Positions 59,184-64,000 of a stretch of DNA of 64,000 nt are shown here, piece by piece. The translations under genes were made by a program, and so were the position numbers. The DNA is taken from contig QIAJ01000084.1 of the NCBI GenBank assembly GCA_003225495.1, positions 30,953 to 94,952 of the forward strand. The letters run 5' to 3'. The notes under the pieces are model-generated. The model was given only the letters and a program-made list of their open reading frames with translations, did no database searches and was not told the origin of the DNA. Position 1 is the stretch's first letter. Every line of letters starts with the position of its first letter. This stretch comes from Acidobacteriota bacterium (GTDB lineage: Bacteria; Acidobacteriota; Terriglobia; Terriglobales; Acidobacteriaceae).

Positions 59184-60105
59184 ACATATCGCGCGTGCGA
59201 TGTACTATGTCAGCGTCCACCTGCTATTCGCGTCAATCGTTGGCACCGCCGCCTGGGTGCTAACGACGATCCCTGGCGCCACCGCCACCACAAAGTATTG
59301 GATCTGGGTTGTTACGGCACTCAATTTCATCGTTCCGACAGGCGCGATAATCGATAAGCTCTGGGCGCCGCATTTGAGATGGGCCACACCGCTTGGTGTC
59401 ATTGGCGAGCCCATATGGAACATTACACAAGGCCGGACGGCGGCGGTGCTTGCCGCGATATGGATCGCTGGTGCATTGGGCATGCTGATGCGGCTCATCT
59501 CGCGCATACGCAAAGAGCGTAGCGAGGCTGAAGTTACGGGTGGGCTGAAAAAACGTGCTGTTGCTGGTTTCGTAGCAGACGGAATTCCTGTAAGTTTCGG
59601 CAGAAGGCATTCGAATCCCGCAGTCAGCGGGTTTATCTATCCGCAGGTCTCGCTTCCCATAGGAATCGATCGGGTACTCGATGAACGGGAACTGAACGCT
59701 GTCTTACTGCACGAATTGACCCACGCAAGAAGGCGGGATAATTTGATTCGCCTACTCTACGAAGGCGCGTTGTGCGCATTGTGGTTCCATCCGCTCATCT
59801 GGCTCGCTGGAATGCGGATGGCGCTTTATCGCGAGCTTTCCTGTGATGAGTCTGTCGTCCAGTGCGCCCACGGAGAGGCACTGGTCTCAGCCCTCGCCAA
59901 ACTTGCAGTCCCGAAACAAGGCGGGTTTCTGCAAGCGACAGCCTCCTCGCATCTGAGCTATCGCATGGCGCGCCTCGCCGGGCCGACACAAACCACAAAT
60001 CGCGCAGCGACCTTGCTGTTGACCTCACTATTTGCCGCTGTCATCGCAGCTGGCATCTTCCAAACAATCGCGCATACCGCCTGCTGTTTCCTGCTAAAGC
60101 GATGA
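59176..60105 (+). CDS. BlaR1/MecR1-like M56 membrane metalloprotease without a recognisable sensor domain
   Basis: GGAGG lies 4 nt before GTG 59176, which overlaps blaI by 8 nt. LLHELTHARRRD (HExxH). 4-5 TM helices. The protein ends shortly after the protease domain. Confidence 0.8.
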   Translation: MHEHIARAMYYVSVHLLFASIVGTAAWVLTTIPGATATTKYWIWVVTALNFIVPTGAIIDKLWAPHLRWATPLGVIGEPIWNITQGRTAAVLAAIWIAGALGMLMRLISRIRKERSEAEVTGGLKKRAVAGFVADGIPVSFGRRHSNPAVSGFIYPQVSLPIGIDRVLDERELNAVLLHELTHARRRDNLIRLLYEGALCALWFHPLIWLAGMRMALYRELSCDESVVQCAHGEALVSALAKLAVPKQGGFLQATASSHLSYRMARLAGPTQTTNRAATLLLTSLFAAVIAAGIFQTIAHTACCFLLKR

Positions 60106-60166
60106 TTACTGCGTCGTCGCGTTGCTAACCTGCGAACGGCTGCCGCGTCTATTGGCAATATAAACG

Positions 60167-60200
60167 TACTACGTAGTAGTATTGCCGTAGTATGTAGTAT
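60167..60200. promoter_or_regulatory. candidate BlaI-type operator cluster: palindrome TACTACGTAGTA plus GTAGTAGTATTGCCG and two more GTAGTAT repeats
   Basis: Perfect 12-bp palindrome at 60167-60178 and the shared 15-mer at 60173-60187. It sits directly upstream of the amidohydrolase gene. Confidence 0.5.
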
Positions 60201-60209
60201 GTGACAATC

Positions 60210-61622
60210 ATGCTGCATCCCATACGCCGGGCCCGCCAGTCGACCGAGCGTACGCCGCTAACTCGCTTGCAAAAGATCGCCACGCTTCTTGCGCTAGTGT
60301 TTGTCACGTTGGTTTCGGTGCAATCGAGCGCCCAATCTGCCGTTCCCATCGTTCTGGTCAAAGCCGACCGACTGCTCGATCCGCGCACCGGAAACGTACT
60401 CACGCCCGCGTTTGTCCTGATCGAAGGAGATAAGGTCAAGCAGGTTGGATCATCCTCCCAGATAGGCATTCCGGTCGGCGCGAAAACAATCGATCTAGGC
60501 GGCGCGACACTGCTCCCGGGATTAATCGACGCTCACATGCACCTGTTTCTCGACATCATTGTGCCCCCCGAAGCAGAGATTTCCCGGCATTGGAACGGGC
60601 TGTTTGCTCCGGGGCTGTTGCTGACCATCATTGAATCTCCTACGAAACGTGCGTTTCTAGGCGCGCTGATGGCCCGCGAGGATTTGGAGAGCGGTATCAC
60701 CACCGTTCGCAACCTGGGCCACTCCGGTGTTGACGGCGACACAGAATTGCGTGATGCGATCAACGCCCGCCGAGTCCCCGGCCCGCGAATCCTGGCCTCT
60801 GCACGTAAACTCATCACGCGTGCCTCATATGTTCAGAACCTCAATCCGGCGTTGTCTGAGGCCATCCTCCAGCAGGAGTTCTTGTTGATCGACGGGGCAG
60901 ACCGGGGGCGGGCAGCGGTCCGGCAGAATGAGTTCCAGAACGTGGACCTGATTAAGGTCACCGCCGATGAGAACCTTACCGTACCTGAACTGACGGCGGT
61001 GATCGAAGAGGCGCACCGTCAGCACCTCAAAGTTGCCGTGCATGCCATCGAAACCACCAGCATTCAGACTGCGATCGATGCGGGCGCAGATTCGATCGAG
61101 CACGGCAATGACTCGACGGACGAGCAGCTTAGACAGATGCCCGACAAAGGCATCTTCCTCGACCTGACGCCGACCTCGTATGGCGGCTTTTTCCTGAAGA
61201 TCATGGAGCCAAGCCTGGCGCTCTCCGCCGAGACTCGCTCTTCGAGAATCAGCTCCGGTGCGCGTCGGGACAAACGATATGCGGACTTCGTCCAGCGCGT
61301 ATTGAAGTCAGGCGTCAAGTTTGCCGCAGGGTCTGACATGTGCTGGTTTTATCCGGGAAAGACGCGGGGGCAAGCAAGCACTGCAACCTTGGTGAATCTG
61401 CGGGATGCGGGCATGCCCGCCCTCGATGTCATTCGTGCCATCACCATCAATGCCGCAGAGATGCTGGGCTGGCAGGACCGCATTGGTAGCGTTGAGCGCG
61501 GGAAATTCGCCGATCTTGTCGCGGTCAGCGGGGATCCGCTGGCGGATATCACCGAACTGGAGCGCGTTCGCTTCGTTATGAAAGACGGCAAAGTAGTACG
61601 GAACGATCTCACCAAACCGTAA
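60210..61622 (+). CDS. secreted amidohydrolase-superfamily metallohydrolase
   Basis: Signal peptide ..IATLLALVFVTLVSVQSSAQS. LPGLIDAHMHLF (HxH), later HAIE and IEHG motifs, and GSD near the C-terminus. Confidence 0.8.
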   Translation: MLHPIRRARQSTERTPLTRLQKIATLLALVFVTLVSVQSSAQSAVPIVLVKADRLLDPRTGNVLTPAFVLIEGDKVKQVGSSSQIGIPVGAKTIDLGGATLLPGLIDAHMHLFLDIIVPPEAEISRHWNGLFAPGLLLTIIESPTKRAFLGALMAREDLESGITTVRNLGHSGVDGDTELRDAINARRVPGPRILASARKLITRASYVQNLNPALSEAILQQEFLLIDGADRGRAAVRQNEFQNVDLIKVTADENLTVPELTAVIEEAHRQHLKVAVHAIETTSIQTAIDAGADSIEHGNDSTDEQLRQMPDKGIFLDLTPTSYGGFFLKIMEPSLALSAETRSSRISSGARRDKRYADFVQRVLKSGVKFAAGSDMCWFYPGKTRGQASTATLVNLRDAGMPALDVIRAITINAAEMLGWQDRIGSVERGKFADLVAVSGDPLADITELERVRFVMKDGKVVRNDLTKP

Positions 61623-61639
61623 AAAAGAGGACCTTTGCA

Positions 61640-62875
61640 ATGTGCCTGCGAACGTTTTTCTCAGTTGTGCTCGTGCTCGCTTCAACAGCGATCGCACAGA
61701 ATGATTCTAAGAGCGAGTCGCAACCTCACCTTCCCGCTCCGGAGGTTGTGAGTCTGAACGCACCAGGTGGAATGGTTCTGAAGGCTACCTATTTCGCTGC
61801 CGGCAAACCCGGTCCCGGTGTGATCCTCTTCCATCAGAGCAACCGGACACGTCATTCCTGGGACGATGTCGCCATGCAACTGGCATCGGCCGGCCTCAAC
61901 ATACTCGCAATCGATGATCGCGGCTATGGCGAAAGCGGCGGCAAAAAGGAGCAGAGAGCGCAGTACCAGGACGGCGATCTGGACACAGCTTTCGAATATC
62001 TGGTTTCGCAACCGGGAGTGACCCGCGCGGTAATCGGCGCCGGAGGAGCCGGATGGCTGGGGGTGGACGACTCGGTCGAAATGGCACGTCGTCATTCCGC
62101 CGAAGTCAAATCGCTCGTACTGATATCGGGGGAAACGTTACTGCCTCAACTGCGATTTCTGCGGCAAGCCTCGCACCTGCCCGGGCTGTTCATCGTGTCC
62201 GATGATGACGAATATCCCCCTACGGTCGAGGCGATGGAATGGCTCTATGACTGTTCTGCCAGCCCGGAAAAACAATTCATCCACTACATCGGACCAAAAG
62301 CGCCGTGGCTGTGGTATGAGACCTCCGATCCGACCAAAGTCCCTCCAACCGGAAGTCATGGAACTGACCTGTTTAAACGCCATCCGGAGTTAAAGGAGAC
62401 TATGGTGAGATGGTTCGTTGATACGCTAGTTAAGACGCCCGGTCACGCTCCCGCCGATGCTGTGGCCTCGGCTGCAGTCCTGAATGAAATCGAATCGCCC
62501 GGCGGAGTCGCCCGCGTTACCGAACGACTCCTGGAAGTCCGCAAGCGGGATCCGCAAGCCCAGCTCTTTCCCGAGGCGAATGTTGACATCATCGCCGAAG
62601 ATCATCAGCGCGAAGGTGACAACAGAACAGCGCTTCAGATCTTCAAGCTCAACCTGCTTGCTTATCCCGACTCCGCTGATGCCAACGGCAACTTGGCCGA
62701 CTCCTATTTAAGAGATGGGCAGAAAGATTTAGCGCGGAAGCATGCACAGAAAGCATTGGCGTTACTCGATTCCCACGCCGCGCCTGCCTCTTCATGGTCC
62801 GATACAGAGCAGCGCCGGGGTGAGATTCGCAAGGCCGTAGAGGATGTGCTCAAGAAGCTGAACGGCAGCAGATAA
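61640..62875 (+). CDS. secreted alpha/beta hydrolase with a C-terminal TPR-like helical domain
   Basis: Signal peptide MCLRTFFSVVLVLASTAIA. ..VILFHQSNRTRHSW..DDRGYGESGG.. The C-terminal ..LAYPDSADANGNLADSYLRDGQKDLARKHAQKAL is TPR-like. Confidence 0.65.
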   Translation: MCLRTFFSVVLVLASTAIAQNDSKSESQPHLPAPEVVSLNAPGGMVLKATYFAAGKPGPGVILFHQSNRTRHSWDDVAMQLASAGLNILAIDDRGYGESGGKKEQRAQYQDGDLDTAFEYLVSQPGVTRAVIGAGGAGWLGVDDSVEMARRHSAEVKSLVLISGETLLPQLRFLRQASHLPGLFIVSDDDEYPPTVEAMEWLYDCSASPEKQFIHYIGPKAPWLWYETSDPTKVPPTGSHGTDLFKRHPELKETMVRWFVDTLVKTPGHAPADAVASAAVLNEIESPGGVARVTERLLEVRKRDPQAQLFPEANVDIIAEDHQREGDNRTALQIFKLNLLAYPDSADANGNLADSYLRDGQKDLARKHAQKALALLDSHAAPASSWSDTEQRRGEIRKAVEDVLKKLNGSR

Positions 62876-63095
62876 ATAACGGGCACACGGAGGAATTCTC
62901 CTTAAGTTAGCGGTGCTCCGCCCCAAATCCGAATTTTTCAACCACACGCGGTTGATCTACCTGCCGCACTGGGTCTTAAGGTGTAAAAATGGATCAGCTT
63001 CCAACGGAAAGTAACAGTTCTGACGCACCGGTGTGAGACTCCACTTTTTCGAGGCGGGAAACGACTTACATCGTGGAACTACTCGAGCGGAACTC

Positions 63096-64000
63096 CTACT
63101 TCTTCGCCAGCTTCTTGGCAATCTCTTCCACGATCCTGGGACGCAAATCTGCGAGCACACTATCGACGATACTGGCGATCGAACCGGCGTCCGACGCGTT
63201 GTCCGCGGCGGCTGCGGCTGCCATGGTCTTCGGGCTTTCTTCGGGCTGTTTCGCCGCTTCCAATGCGTTATTCAACGCCGGCGCAGCCGGACGAATCTCA
63301 TGCCAAGTCGATTTTCCACCCTTACCTTTTGTTTCCTTACCCATGGTTTCCTGACCTCCCCCACCATTGTCTGAGATCGACCCTTCACCCACCACCGAAT
63401 CTTGAGTTGAAGCCTGCGTCCCACCAGCCGCCTGCGCGCTCGCCGCTACGCTTTCCGTTTCCTCTTGCCGGATTGCATCGGCAAACGTCGTTCCCGCTGC
63501 TTCCTCTGGCGCTTCGTCCGTTTGCTTCACTGACGAATTGCTCGACTGTGCTTCCACCTGCACACTCTCTGCTATCGCAGATGCCAGGCTGACTTCAGCC
63601 GCAGTAAACGCGCTGGCCTCTGACCGCATTTCCGCCGTACCCTCCGAACTGGCCGCAGCAGCTTCGCCACCGGTACCGTTCGACGGCGCGGCATCTTTGC
63701 CTTGCTCGCCTGAGGACGATGCAAATGTCCGGAACATCTCCGCCTCGAGCGACCCCGATGCCTCATCCGAACTCACCGCCATCGCTTCCGCGACCCATCG
63801 ATTTCCATTCCCCGCGACCGAGCCGCGAGAGAGTTCGTCCGCCAGCGCCGCACCCGCTTCCGCCAGCGATTGCGAAGCGCTTGTTTGCGAGGGAGTCAGG
63901 AACCGCAGCGCCTCTGCCAGTTCCTCCGCGCTCGGGGAAGGCTCTTCCGGAACTTTATGTTGAGCGCTCGCCACTGGTGTCGGCTCTGGTACCTCTGCCG
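63096..64000 (-). CDS. acidic Ala/Ser/Glu-rich low-complexity protein, 5'-truncated by the window edge
   Basis: The frame stays open upstream of the GTG at 63974 to the window end. The C-terminal SIASIVDSVLADLRPRIVEEIAKKLAKK looks like an amphipathic helix. Confidence 0.45.
   Translation of the reverse strand, partial: AEVPEPTPVASAQHKVPEEPSPSAEELAEALRFLTPSQTSASQSLAEAGAALADELSRGSVAGNGNRWVAEAMAVSSDEASGSLEAEMFRTFASSSGEQGKDAAPSNGTGGEAAAASSEGTAEMRSEASAFTAAEVSLASAIAESVQVEAQSSNSSVKQTDEAPEEAAGTTFADAIRQEETESVAASAQAAGGTQASTQDSVVGEGSISDNGGGGQETMGKETKGKGGKSTWHEIRPAAPALNNALEAAKQPEESPKTMAAAAAADNASDAGSIASIVDSVLADLRPRIVEEIAKKLAKK

Noticed and set aside
1-64000. A window-wide search by eye for tRNA cloverleaves, rRNA, transposase or integrase ORFs, cas genes and phage structural genes.
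   Set aside because: None were recognised. A tRNAscan/Infernal run would be needed to exclude small RNAs formally.

Overview
A 64-kb chromosomal segment at roughly 58-60% GC. Gene content suggests Acidobacteriota: Ser/Thr kinases fused to TolB-like propellers, orphan MacB/FtsX permeases and FG-GAP proteins. This taxon call is an inference, not a database result.

Most of the window is housekeeping. I recognise glyA, rnpB (RNase P RNA), cutC, ilvB-ilvN, pyrB-pyrC, comEC, rlmD, coaX, birA, nadC and valS. These are interspersed with glycosyltransferases, hydrolases, a vapBC toxin-antitoxin pair and secreted hypothetical proteins.

From about 50.5 to 60 kb the sequence becomes AT-richer and accessory in character. 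It holds hypothetical secreted proteins, a Cys-rich mer-like cluster, an arsR-arsM-arsC-aquaporin operon and a blaI/blaR1-like pair followed by two secreted hydrolases.

The most interesting signals are:
1. A MerP-like periplasmic metal-binding protein whose first GMxCxxC cysteine codon is an in-frame TGA. A 17-nt hairpin follows 11 nt downstream, making this a candidate selenocysteine site.
2. A palindromic REP-like element whose 28-nt core is identical at two sites (three clear copies plus one degenerate), one sitting in-frame inside the valS coding sequence.
3. ilvB split by a frameshift, and an FG-GAP gene split by a single in-frame TAA.
4. A shared 15-nt motif upstream of both blaI and a downstream amidohydrolase, a candidate operator.
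5. A 7-bp microsatellite and an 18-bp tandem repeat in two intergenic regions.

I recognised no rRNA, tRNA, CRISPR array, transposase or integrase. All calls come from reading the sequence and ORF translations by eye. No searches were run.
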